Origin: Ostrea edulis
Lineage: Eukaryota
Reading direction: 5' to 3'
Assembly (NCBI RefSeq): GCF_947568905.1
Contig: NC_079168.1
Coordinates: 18,290,001-18,354,000, forward strand
Length of the DNA: 64,000 nucleotides
Under the pieces are notes generated by a model. That model was given only the letters and a program-made list of their open reading frames with translations, searched no databases and was not told the origin of the DNA. This document shows, piece after piece, positions 39,870-52,069 of this stretch. Position 1 is the stretch's first letter, and every line of letters begins with the position of its first letter. Made by a program: the position numbers and the translations under genes.

Positions 39870-42192
39870 GTGAGTGTACTCCCCTTACTCCACTGAGTAT
39901 CACCGCATTAAACTAAATGTTTTTCATTCAGTGATAGAAACATAAATGATAAACTTTCTCTTCTGAAAGGATATATGATTTCTATTGAAAGTGCAAGTGT
40001 ATGTGCAATCTAATTAAAATCATATCTTCTCTAACCGGTATACTGGAGAAGGATATGACAGTATTGCGTTTGAGGTCAAGTTATTTCACCTTTCACACTT
40101 GACCAATCAAATGACGGTTTTCGCTAACATGAAAACCTACTCCAGTGTAACGGTTAGAGAAGATCTGATTTTAACTAGATTGAGTGTATGTGTATCTTTT
40201 AAGCCAACTGCAAACTTTCCGACTACACTGACTGTTTCCTGAAACAAACACACGCTGACCTGACCAGTGGTTACTGGGCTTTGAACTTCGTAAGATTTAC
40301 TGTTTCCACGAACATTTAATGAAAAATAAAAAGGATGAGATACTGTCAACATTTGATTTCTATTATCCCTAGTATCACACGTTGTAAATTTCAGGCATAA
40401 AAAGAAAGAGAGTATTAAGGATTCTAAACGTCCAATCTTACGTACGTATTGTTTATCTGACCTTCTTAATTCATTTTCAGCAACACCACTTCCTTGCTGC
40501 ACGAGCCAAGTATTCAAAGAAAATAAGTGTAATCAGCGAGGAGCTTTATCTAGGTTAGATATTTAAAAAAATATTGATATTTTTATTCAATAAAACATCA
40601 CATGGATTCGTTAAAAGTGTTTGTAAGCGAGTCGAAACAGCCTTTCTTCATGCAATTCATGGAATATTTACAGGAAAACCTTACAAGCTAACGATCTCCT
40701 ACACACAAAAAGCCCGACATAAGCATCATAGACCCAAGGCAGAAAACATGCTGACCGTAGTATGGAAGAAACAATATAAAAAGCCCAAGGTTCTCTTCAA
40801 GGAAAATTTCGGCCGATTCGAGGGAATTACAGGAAGTAAATGCGTCAATCTACCACGAGGATTTGGCGAGGTAGGAAGTAAACGTGATAATACAGCACTT
40901 TTTGTTAAAATAATTCAACTGTGGCGAATGTGAAACTTAATATGTATCAACTCATTAGATAACCATATATCAAATTTCAGATTCCTAAGTTAAGGTCCAG
41001 TATTATGTAGGGATCCGGGTTAGAATAGGTCCTCAACACCCCTTGCTTGTTGTAAGAGGCTATTAAAGTATGAAAAACTACATTCGGCGCAGTTTCATAA
41101 ATCTCTTAAGAATCAGTGTAGCATCAAAATATCAAAGCATGGTGCAAACAGTCAACCATGAAACTAAGTGTTGCAGTTTTTGTTCGAATAGGCCAACAAT
41201 AACCAAAGTGAAACTGGATATGGGTCTACTCATAAGGTAACCTTAATATCCAAGTCAAAGCATAGAGGGAAAAGTCCGGAAAACTATACAGACCCATATA
41301 CCTCGTAACCATCCCTCAACTGTAAGGAAATTTCAACTTGATCTGTGAAAATACAGTACTGCACTACAGTACTGCACTACAGTAGTATATTCTAAATTAG
41401 GTTTATACTAGTAAATTCCAGGACCAGATGTTTCACTTATTAGAAGTAGTAAATACTTTGGTCATTTTAAGATGAAAATGCCTGTGTTAATACTGGTATT
41501 AGGTGCGTTGTTGCTTTGCTTATAACATGCCATCAGAGAGTTTGAGGAGACGTGGATCAATAAAATCAGCTCCAACAGATGTTCTGTCATCATGTTGACG
41601 TAAAAAAGCCAAAAACGTATCTTCGTTTATATTGGACATACAAACAGACAGACAATATAATTATAATCCAGTTTGATTGAGTAAATGGAAACAAGTTAGG
41701 ACAACCATTAATTTATCTTTTTTTTCTGTGATGTTGCAGATAAGTATAACGTTTCGCTGCTGGAATCCTTACCACTGCAACATAGTGCCGCCACATGACA
41801 CGCATTATATAAAGAAGAAAAACACCTCTTTCTTTCTGGACGGGGTTAATTTGGAACAAGGACGATGTTAGATTTGGATCGCATGTTCTTGATATTTGTA
41901 AATCAATGTTTACTGAATTAAAGACATGCTAAACAAGCTTTTTGAGAGTATTGCAAAAAAGCTACACATGCCCCCTACGGGCACCCCCTGTTTATTTGAG
42001 AGGTGTCATTATATGCAGACGATGTATATTTGGAGGAATGGGCGGATGCTACTTCTCCATACCAGGAAATATTGCACTTTCGATCTTTTGTAAATATATG
42101 CAATGATTCAGATGAGCTGCATTACAAATTGGTATACTTACTGCCCGTTACGTCTGCCAAATCGGTGTGCCCCGAATTATATAGATTTCATT

Positions 42193-42630
42193 ATGAAAAG
42201 GCGAAGACAAAGAACAGTGATCAATCTCATAACTTCTATAAGGAATACAAAATGGAGAGTTGGGAAAACACGGACACCTGAAGAAAACAGAGGTGGGATC
42301 GGGTACCTAGGAGTAGTAAGCATACCCTACATCTTGATCAGGTAAACGGAGTAATCCATAGTCAAAATCAGTGTGCCAAGAACGATCTAACAATTGCTAT
42401 CAAACACGTCAGACAGCATTTGAGTGAATTGATCCAATGACAGAATATTGGTAAACTAGATCGTTCTAACGACCATAGAATTTGCAAAATGCTGACTATA
42501 AATGAGACTATTGAAACCCCTGTAACATCAACTTGTTCGTCAGTAGCCTGTCTCGATTTAAAAACTGATCATACGCAGAACAAGCTCTTACGTATCGATC
42601 AGTTGGGAGAAATAAACACCATATTCTGGA
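42193..42630 (-). mobile_element. Older Penelope-like fragment
   Basis: Diverged copy of the RT C-terminus/3' end family (gaccatagaatttgc...ttgaaacccc...). Confidence 0.7.
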
Positions 42631-42949
42631 TAAAAATTAAAATGGGATCACATATGGATAGAGCTGCAATCCAACAAAATACACCAAAAAACCCACTAAC
42701 GTAGAAAATATGAATGTCCAAAATAGCTTAATGACTAAATTATTCAAGCTTTCAAATAGATGTGCTTCCTGTTTAATTTCATTGCTTTACTATATTATGT
42801 TAGAATTAAGGGGATGCTTACTCTTCCTAGGTACCGTGTTTGTCCAACTCCTAATTTTGTATTCTTTGTGGGATTGATCACTGTTCTTATTAAATCATTA
42901 GTGATTGAAATATCAGAAAAAATCTTGGTTAACACCACACAAGCAGCAG

Positions 42950-43145
42950 CCAAGGTGAATGTTTGTGCCAACGCCCTCCATGACTCGGGACCTTCGTTTT
43001 TAAAGGCCATATCTGAAAGACTCAACTTCAGTTCACTTCTAATGCTTGGCGAAGGAAGAATTGCTACGTTTGTTAAACTCTCAATTTTTATGCGAAGAAT
43101 CAATCCCAGGACCTCCGAGTTGCGAAACGATCACCCTAACTAGCC
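42950..43145 (-). mobile_element. tRNA-derived SINE fragment (inverted relative to 43186-43515)
   Basis: The reverse complement contains gtctttcagatatggcctttaaaaacgaaggtcccgagtc...gcgttggcac, homologous to the adjacent plus-strand SINE. Confidence 0.6.
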
Positions 43146-43185
43146 TACTGCAACCAGTCGTGCAATTGAAGTTCATCGTGAATTT

Positions 43186-43515
43186 ACCTGTCGCAGTAGC
43201 TCAGTGTTAGAGCGTTCGCTTCGTAACCGGGAGCTCGTGAGTTCGAGCCCCGCCCGTCCAATGGCCGTGTCAAACTTAACTCAGAGACGTGAACATAGAT
43301 AGCGATTGCTCCTTCACCAAACGCTCGGTATTTAGAAGTGACAATCACGGGTCTTTCGGATATAGCCTTAAAAACGGAGGTCCCGAGCCGCGACAGACGT
43401 TTGCACGTTAAGGAACCTTCACTGCCACGGCTCTGAGCACTAAGAATGAATATGAATTTGTGGTACTTCACCTACAACTGGCGATGTCTCAATATGAGAG
43501 CAAAATTTTCGACGG
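43186..43515 (+). mobile_element. tRNA-derived SINE
   Basis: Pol III A box (tagctcagtgttagagc) and B box (gagttcgagcc), followed by the conserved core aaaacggaggtcccg...gcacgttaaggaacc and tail gatgtctcaatatgag. Confidence 0.75.
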
Positions 43516-43593
43516 GATGTAAACTCCATCAAGTTTGTATTCGATTCTTATTAAAGTCACTGAAATGGACATTCTGGAATTCATTGTGTTCTG

Positions 43594-44155
43594 ATGAAAG
43601 GGGAAGACAACGAAAGGCGATCAAACCCATAATTCCAATAAGCAATACCCCATGATATACCAGAGGTGGTACCAGACACCCAGTAGGGACAAGCATCCCC
43701 ATCCGACCGCCCACACCCGCTGTGAGCCCCACATCCCCAAACTGCACCTGACCCAATGATAGGCTGCATCGGCAAACCAGATCACCATAACGACCACGGA
43801 ACCCGCGAAATGCTGACCTCAAACGATACCGTTGAAACCCCTGCACCATCAACTTGTTTGTCAGTAGCCTGCCTCGATTTAAAATCAACCACACGCAGAA
43901 CAAGCTCCCGCATACCGAACCAATCGAGAGACACGCATATCACACTCAGGAGACAACGGAACATTGCTGCATAAATACGGAAAGGCGATGACGGAGAAGC
44001 AGAAATCACCCCGACTGCCACAAAGCCGAGCTGCTAGTTTGCTGTTGATATCTATTTTCAATAAAACATCCAAGTATGAAGCAGTAGTGGACGATTCTAT
44101 GGTATCTTTTAATTCGAGTTCACGGGGATATATCAAATTGACATATGAATGAAAA
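43594..44155 (-). mobile_element. Penelope-like RT C-terminal fragment with A-to-G hypermutation
   Basis: IYPRELELKDTIESSTTASYLDVLLKIDINSKL...FPYLCSNVPLSP...RYA...RGRLLTNKLMVQGF, with pervasive T-to-C changes on the plus strand relative to the copies at 34594 and 42193. Confidence 0.8.
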
Positions 44156-44467
44156 TTATTATTTCATTATTTCAATATCACTCGCAGGATGATATACAAA
44201 ATACAATGGTGACAGAAAACGCCTCGCAGTAGCGATGTAAGTGAGCGGGTCAAAGGATCTAGTTTTAATTAGATTGACTTACTGTATTTACAAGACCAAG
44301 GACCGATTAGAATGCTGGAAATCCAATGGTTTGATATTTTTTTTCATCTTTATATCGTCAGCTTGTCCATTTGTCTGTCTGTCCATCTGTCTGTGGATGA
44401 TTTTGTTAATAAAAGATGTGTCGTTTTCTGACTTATGTACGATGAATAGTAGATACCAGAAATTATA

Positions 44468-44644
44468 CCTGATCAGGATATGGGGCTCACGGCGGGTGTG
44501 ACCGGTCAACAGGGGATGCTTACTCCTCCTAGGCACCTGATCCCACCTCTGGTGTGTCCAGGGGTCCGTGTTTGCCCAACTATCTATTTTGTATTGCTTA
44601 TAGGAGTTATGAGATTGATCACTGTTCGTTATCTTCACCTTGCA
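44468..44644 (+). mobile_element. Young Penelope-like 3' end copy present only in duplication unit 1
   Basis: Unit 2 shows the empty site gaaattata|ttaagc (about 52987-53001). Confidence 0.85.
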
Positions 44645-44789
44645 TTAAGCATATCTTCAATATTCTAAGTAACACTCTACTGCAGAATAAATATTCTTAC
44701 ATTTACGTTAATTGCTCCCAACAATCTTCATGTGAAAAAGATGTGTTTATTCTTCAAAGAGCACAAATTAACTATTTCCCACCCTCCAA

Positions 44790-46030
44790 TGTGCCTTGTG
44801 TGGGCATTAGTTCCGCTAGAACAGTTCTAGTTGCGGGTGCAGCGTAGTGCAACGATCGTCTTTTCGATCGGGTGTTTACTGTGTGGTGCACTTGGTAACG
44901 CCATTCTTAGCAGACGCCATTTCCAAATCCTTGCTTCAAAATAGGCTCTGCTTTTCCTTTTTTTCTAAATATGTCATAGGCAGCCTGCTACATTGCTTCA
45001 CGCGTGGTTCCGTCGTCCCGGGGCACTACTTGTTGGTAGTCCTTGAGGGCTTTGTCGATGGCACTGGTGAAGCACTTGCGTAGCGAAGGTACTTCCGATC
45101 AGGCAATGTTGATCCAATGACAGCCTATTTGCTTAGAGCGACGGATTTGTCTGGGTAGGTCGGTTGGTTGACTGTATATGCTGAACATCCCGTCGAGATT
45201 GTTTCACTCATATAGATACGTCACCATTGAAGGCGAAGGACTGAAAATGTTTAGGTATATGTTCAGCGCTTACGACCCTTGAGCAAGGGGGGATCTTTAT
45301 CGTACCACACCTGCTGTGACACGGGGCCTCGGTTTTTGCGGTCCCATTTGCCCCTTACGACAAGCGATGGATACCATTATAACCCGGAAATGTCTGGGTC
45401 GGAGGTGTCCAACTGCTGCCAATATAGAGATTTGGGGTGCCTCCAGAAAACTCGATGACAAGACTTGTTTGGAAAAAAGGTGTTGATGAGTGCAAATCTC
45501 AAGTAGCCACGGTGTGTTTTTATTGAGCTAGCGAAGTGTCCTAAGCAGCGGGCCGGGAACTATGATCTGTGACAACTCTGGCGTTAAAATTTCCGAGTAG
45601 GAATAAGTGCTTATTCGCTAGTATTTATATGACATTAGCGTCAATGCAAGGCTCTCGTATAAAACAATCTTAACATCAACAGTTGAACAAAGTGTTGGGG
45701 CGGAAGTGAGGGTCAAGAGGAAGTTGTGAGACAGGGAATAGAACCGCGCTGCGTCCTGGAAAGGCGATTCAACTTAGGAAAGGGGTGAATTGCGTACTGC
45801 AAAGCCAACGCCATACATATGACACTCATCTGGTTCCAGTCCCTGCCAAAAGGACGTGTATCCTTGATGCTGCCGTTGGAGTGGGAAACATGTCGCCTGT
45901 AAACAATGTCAATGTTGAGCATGTATAGCTGGTGGTCGATGATGGTTGTTTTTCCGATGTTGTAAACTAGCACGAGATTGTCATATGTAGCAGGACACAT
46001 TGTCTTCATGTTCGAAGTTACTAGTCGCAA
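44790..46030 (-). mobile_element. Degenerate RTE (BovB-like) LINE, APE endonuclease region, interrupted by a SINE
   Basis: RLVTSNMKTMCP...KTTIIDHQLYMLNIDI, GVGFAVRNS, SAPTL, FLLGNFNARV and WRHPKS are RTE endonuclease motifs, spread across frameshifts. Confidence 0.75.
45195..45390 (-). mobile_element. SINE fragment
   Basis: Reverse complement of the core aaaaccgaggccccgtgtcacagcaggtgtggtacgataaagatccc...gtgacgtatctatatgagtgaaacaatctc. Confidence 0.6.
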
Positions 46031-47362
46031 TGCTGGGAGTTCCTGATTTTTGTTCTGTTTTCTTGGTACGGTGATTACAGCTGTTTTGGGTTTTCACCTA
46101 AGCTCCAAGCAATTATTGAAGCAGGCAGACTATGGTGAGTCAATACCTTACCAGCTGGGGGTTCCATGGCTTGAGGCGGGTGATAGTTGACCAGTGGAAC
46201 TGCGACGATCCCTCCCATCGTCGAGGACAGTCCGTAGCGCAAGATCTCACACAAATCTGCCAATCCACTCTAAGCTTAAAACTAATTAACTGCTGTTTCC
46301 CGTGTATATTTTGTTCGGACACAGCGACAATAGAATAACTACTCTTGGGAACATGCTTAAGTATAGGATCCCAGGGTGTCCAAAGTGTAGAATTTCCCCT
46401 TTCAGCGTTGCTGACAGAGACCATCAGAAAAAAACCCCAAGCAAATATAGTTGGTGCCAGATCATCTACCGGAGGGTTTCGGGAAGTTAAAAAAACTACC
46501 TTAGGGGCTCCATTCTTTGCCCCAATCGCGTTGTATCCTTTAAAGATTACTAGTACACACTTGTTTTATATAACACCAGCTTCCTATCAAAGTGACTGGG
46601 TTCCTCGTGACTGGTACAAAAACGTACATATCCTATCCTCCTTATATATATAAAAGTATTTTCCAGTCTGTACATATGTACTCTGGTTCTGTACCCATAT
46701 TCAAACTTACTGGTTCTGTACCCATTTTCAATGTATATGTCTTAAACAGCAGACTGCTGAGAACACGACCAGCTCTTCAATTCTAAAGAATACATGGCTA
46801 GTATTGTACTCGAGTTTCTTCTATACTCGGAATAAATAATTTACACCGATTTCCATCATGATTTTTCTCTCAGTAGAATTCAGAATTACTGGTGCAGAGT
46901 GTTGTAAGCAAGAGGCGGTCATAGAGGCACCACACTGGCAACTTACCAATTACATTAAAGTAAAACAATCCTGAATATTTAACAGTTCATATATCTAGGT
47001 ACAATGTACATGTAATTGACGACTCCATACCTGACATTCTTGAAACTGAAATGAACATCACATGATTTACAAAATAAATATTACAAGAATAAGTACCATG
47101 TGCAGGCTAGGCAAGAACATCACGAAGGTAGTGTGTAACTTTACAAGTCTGTCTTCTCACTATACGACACAAACCTAACTAAATGTTCAATCTTTTATCT
47201 AATATTATAGAATTCCTTAACCCATTTTAGGGAAGTTTCGACATTTCGTATAACATTGGAGTAATATAATCTTCCTATTCATCATTTTTGAGTGTTGACG
47301 GAATTTAGTACTTCTAGTCGAGGGCGTTACTAATCGCTATGCATTCTCTGAAAATAATGTCG

Positions 47363-47403
<41 letters not shown>

Positions 47404-48123
47404 CACACGTTCATTTCTAATTCTTTGTATTTTTGAGAATCTGACTCCGCAATGAGAAATATTCTTTCACTATTTCAAACCTCAAGACGATGGAAAGACC
47501 TGTAATTGTTCGCGGACAATTAGGATTACTAGTTCGTTATTTTTGAGACTCTGACTCCACTCCCAGTTCCCAGAACTTTACGCCCTTAATTTCTCAATTG
47601 AAGTGACCAATAGCATCCATTCGATGTATCACTGGAAACAAAGATAACAATAGCAATCCGCCTCTTAGAAAATAATAATTATTGCTTTATATTTTGCAAC
47701 ACAGTAAGAATTTAAAATCATACACATAAATATCTTCCCGATGTCGTGCATCATTAGCTAGCGACCAGAATGAATGTAATAATTTTTACTCAATAAAAAC
47801 TATCACTCTTGACATTAAACCTTATTTTTTAAATCAAAATTCCTTGAAATACAATTATTTTTACAATATCTACTCAACAGTTACAAAAATATCCAGTTTT
47901 AGATACGGATTTTATCAATGTTTCCTGACAATAGATATAAACCTAACTTCCTCTTACTATTCCTAGATATTTTTCATGTTGTTCAGATTGTATAAACAGG
48001 AAGTTTGTCTTCATCATATGGATACAGATACAAGTAGTTGAAGTTGTTCTCGATAGCTATATACATTGCCATGACCACCAGATGCATTTACAATGCACAG
48101 AGATAATTCTGTTACAGCATTAT

Positions 48124-48315
48124 GTCGCGGTAGCTCAATGGTAGAGCGGATATGACCTTAACACAGGGGTCCCTATTGTCGCGGCAGGCGTTGGCACGTT
48201 AAATAACCCTCATTGATATGGCCTTGAGCGCTAAGCATGGGTCTACATTTGTGGTACTTAATCTGCAGCTGGTGATGTCTCAATATGAGTAACAAAATAT
48301 GACAGGACGACAAAC
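48124..48315 (+). mobile_element. Internally deleted tRNA-derived SINE
   Basis: A box gtagctcaatggtagagc fused to the core gtcgcggcaggcgttggcacgttaaataaccc...gatgtctcaatatgag. Confidence 0.65.
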
Positions 48316-48780
48316 AAAGAACAACTGATTAATCTTATTTTACAATGGTTTGCTTGCTGATGTTGAATGCTAACAAAGCCTGCTGACTGAATGCTAGCCA
48401 TCCTGATCCTATCCTATTAATCTGGGGCAATGCTAGTAAACGCAACTGAAACTACATGCAGCATCAATGCTACCAGAAGTAAAAGTTGATTGTTCTCTTC
48501 TTTGTCAAATCAAAATGAAGTTTATCATTTTGAAATCATGTATTTCTCCTACATTTACCTAATGCAAGTAATACTTTCTGTTTCATCGATATTTGTAAAT
48601 ATTACAAAATCAGCATCAATTGTCTGAAAGCGAGTACATGTAAATACTGATTTTCGTTGTTGACAATGTTTACAGGTTAAATGTTAAATCCTAGGCCTAG
48701 TTTTAGTGTTGATTGTTTACAAAATATGCAAATGTTACTTTATGTATTAAATATAGGTCTCATAATAAACATCAATAGCC

Positions 48781-49005
48781 ATAAATACGTAAAGAATATC
48801 TGTCACTGTAGATAATTCCCGTCTTATAAATACGTAAAGAATATCTGTCACTGTAGATAATTCCCGTCTTATAAATACGTAAAGAATATCTGTCACTGTA
48901 GATAATTCCCGTCTTACAAATACGTAAAGAATATCTGTCACTGTAGATAATTCCCGTCTTATAAATACGTAAAGAATATCTGTCACTGTAGATAGTTCCC
49001 GTCTT
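48781..49005. repeat. 45-bp minisatellite, 5 units, in the 3' flank of cGLR copy 1
   Basis: ataaatacgtaaagaatatctgtcactgtagataattcccgtctt x5 (225 bp). Confidence 0.95.
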
Positions 49006-49015
49006 GTTACTGGTA

Positions 49016-51368
49016 TCATACCAACATTCTAAGCAACTGTGCAATGTAAAATAAACAGGAGGTCCTGGAGTACCACTCGGGGCAGCCGGAATTCTTCATG
49101 ATGTGGATCCGCTTGCAATTGTGGGCCAAACAGTAATATCGCAACGCATCTTCATATTTGCCTAACTTGGTTGCTGTAACTGCAAGCATGATGTAGTTTA
49201 AATGCCTGTTGATCCGGTTAGAGAACGCTAGACAGTCTCTCAATGTTAGTGACAATTCCTCCACCACCTTCAGATTGCTCATGTTTGAATAGCAAAGTAT
49301 TTTCAGAAACACAGAGTACATTTTTGGTGGGATGACAACACGAGACTCTGTGTGTTTCATCATGACCACTTCCAGGGCTATTTCAATAGGTACGAGAGGC
49401 ATCATCCTAAAGATTTCGAAATCATACGAAACTGCAAGTGAAGCTTTTTCCATGGAACTAAATCCTTGTCCACACATATTTTCCTCATAATTCCCAAACG
49501 TTTGGACACCGTGACGACTGCTGCAGTATATGTATCCCAGACCAGCTTCTAAACGTTCATCATACTCTTTGATATATGATAGAGCTGCTGAAAATCTTCC
49601 AAGACAATAATGAGCAGTAGCTAGTGTAAGATTCCCTTTGCTGATGTCCGCAAATCGGGTGTGATTCAAGTAGCAAAATGCTTTCCTAATGTATTTGTAG
49701 CGGTCCCGAGTTGTACATTTTGTTAGTGAAATATTCAGGTATATCAATGCAAGCTGTGACAGATTGTGATAGCGACGTAACCTTATAATGTCCATATCTG
49801 AAGAATCCATATTTTCCTTTATCTCTAATGTCAGGGAATTCTTGAGTTCTAATTCAAGTATATCTAACGACGGCATTTTTGGTTTTCGTGCAAGTATTTC
49901 ACTAAACAATCCACAATCGAGAATATCTTCTTTGCGTGTTCTACTTACAGGTTTGCTGTAAGATGACACAAGGATTTTATAGTCTTCCTCTGGTTTCGAT
50001 ATTGGAAAAGAATGTGGTGTTATCTCTTGTCTAGCGCGTTCCAAAGTCTTTTTAAGATGAGACAGAGAATGACATTTAAGCAAGCATCGCCAGCCTTCAT
50101 TGTGTATTTCAGAGAGCCGAGAAGATATATATGCCAACTGCCATTCTTGTACTTTTCCTAAAAACATATTATTTTCTCTGATGAAATAGTTTGGACAGAA
50201 TCCAGTTTCCACCCATGAAATCAGTCTTTGAAAGCAAATATCAACACAAAACACTAGATGCTCGGGCGTCCAATAATCGGACGGTGTCTCTTCAATTGTC
50301 CAATACAAAGCAGTTTTCAGGAAATAAGAGCAAAGACCGCTTTTCAGGATAGGATCTCTTGAGAAGACCTCCTGATTCAAAAGTTTGAATATACCATACG
50401 TCAAAAACTGAGTGTCATTGAAGGCGTAGACCAATGTCTTCTCAGCGACGGAAAAGGATAATCTCCATTGTAATGGGTCTTGTATCCACTCTGATTTATC
50501 AGACATAGTACAGTCTGTATAGTTCTCATTAAGTTGCTTTGATCCTATTGCCATTAAATGACATCCATTGCTCTTTATCCTGCTGACTAGTTCTTGAGAG
50601 GGCCATCCATGTGCTCTTCTTCTGATGATCCATTCGTCTGCGCATTTCGGCCATTCTTTGTATTCCAAGCAAAAGGCCCTATCGTGATCTGTTCCTAGAT
50701 CGTCCGTCTCCAATACACAGGGTCCGTGACGAACGCCACCTTTCGAAGATTGTTGGAAGGTTTGTAAGAATGCTTCATTCGATAGATAGTACTCTCCACA
50801 CATCTTCCTCGTTGCATCTCGAATGTGAGAAAGGGGAGTACAAGGTGTCAGAACAATAAGTTTGAAATAGCCTGGGGGAATACCTGGAGGGTTTACCATT
50901 TTAACCACCGCAAAATATTTTCCCAGATTTTCTGGAGTAACACTTACAACTTTAGTCAATTTATCGACATACATTAGGTCAACGTCTGATCCTTTTATAC
51001 GAAAACCTTCTGCACAACTTCCAGATCTTATGATTTCAATCTGGTTACCAACCGAGTCCAGACGATCCAGAACGTCCAAAATGTGTCTTCTCAGTCGCTG
51101 ATTCTGTGGGTCACCAACAGCATTCAGAAGATTATCAGCAATGAGATGCGAAAGATGTGCATCGTCTGTCCACAGATTTCTACTAGCACCTGTAAACAAT
51201 AAAGACTCAACATTTCATTCGTCATTTGTAGATTTAAAAACTCAAGTTTTTATTCATCTTAGGATAACATGTTCCCATCATGAGTTTACCTTAAAATTCA
51301 ATTGAACACCACAATTATAGTCATATGTAAACCAGACAGTAACATTCAAGTTTTAGCATACCTTCCAT
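49016..51368 (-). CDS. cGAS-like receptor (cGLR, Mab21-type nucleotidyltransferase) with C-terminal TPR-like region, copy 1, about 726 aa
   Basis: The 2.2-kb ORF has the NTase signature SGSCAEG...SDVD, a third acidic motif DHDRAFCL...EWP, the Mab21 motifs WRLSFSVAEK and SYFLKTALYW...CPNYFI..NNMF, and TPR-like LGRFSAALSY and LGKYEDALRYY. The ORF-track start is TTG; the real start is probably ATG GAA G at 51362-51368, spliced (gtatgc...tttacag) to 51189. Confidence 0.9.
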
Positions 51369-51740
51369 TATGCAGCACGTTTGGAGACTGTCTCTTTGTG
51401 GAGCATGTTCAACTGAACTATTGTTAAAACTGCAGGAAGTTTAAATCAAAATCTACCGGAAATCACTTCCAACTGCATGCAATAGGTCTATTGGTTCGAT
51501 AGGATCATTTTTGTCAGTCTGTATACACACATATCTCGCATAGAATATTCATCAGTCTTCAAGAACCGTTCTGTCTTGTTTTATGTTTGATCCATTGAAA
51601 AGGGCATTTGGAATTAACAAAAATCCAGATTCAATGAACATGAAATGCATTATTGTCAATTTTGTTTGGCACATGAAGTGGATAACGGGAGTGTAGGCTT
51701 AAACCACAGCGCCTGTGATGTGGACTTCAGTGGAGTTCGG

Positions 51741-51750
51741 TGCGCATGCG
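51741..51750. promoter_or_regulatory. NRF1-like GCGCATGCG motif in the putative cGLR promoter (copy at 60560-60569)
   Basis: tgcgcatgcg in a locally GC-richer patch about 370 bp upstream of the start codon. Motif match only. Confidence 0.3.
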
Positions 51751-52069
51751 TGCGTTTGGTCATAATTTCACTACTTAGGGATTCTTAACATACATTTATA
51801 TTTATTTATAGACATAATAAGAAAGTCACTGCTATCTAAACCCCAATAGAAAAACAGCACACGTGCATATAGCTTATAGAATAGAATATATTTATTTCTA
51901 AATCAGAACCCCAATTGAATAGGCATTTAATGAGATGTTACATATATAAGGAAGGAAAAACCAAAAGACAGGGTTAACATGAATTGAAACAGGCTAAAAT
52001 TACATTGGACAAAAAGGAAGAAGTCACTTCACTTCATATGGTTAAGTTCAAGTAAACAAATGGAGCTGA

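Noticed and set aside
40137-40933. ORFs of 119-126 aa between the EGF exon and the repeats (also 37241-37537)
   Set aside because: No family motifs recognised and non-ATG or weak starts. Probably decayed repeat sequence, apart from one candidate exon noted in the findings.
43186-43265. tRNA gene (also 48124 and 56459)
   Set aside because: It has A and B boxes but no complete cloverleaf, and it continues into a SINE body.
43591-43620. Hammerhead ribozyme core (ctgatga...gaaa) at a Penelope-like end
   Set aside because: The intervening bases cannot form stem II and no flanking stems or cleavage triplet were found.
49007-49018. Stop-codon read-through extending cGLR into the VNTR
   Set aside because: The in-frame continuation is TGA TAC CAG TAA, which stops after two codons.
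49016-51199. cGLR ORFs as bacterial CD-NTase (CBASS) contamination or horizontal transfer
   Set aside because: They have a spliceosomal intron after the start codon, animal Mab21-type motifs, and flanking oyster-type SINEs and LINEs, with no operon partners.
51190-51199. ORF-track start MFTG for cGLR
   Set aside because: The codon is TTG and lies within a splice acceptor (ttgtttacag); an in-phase ATG exon exists upstream.
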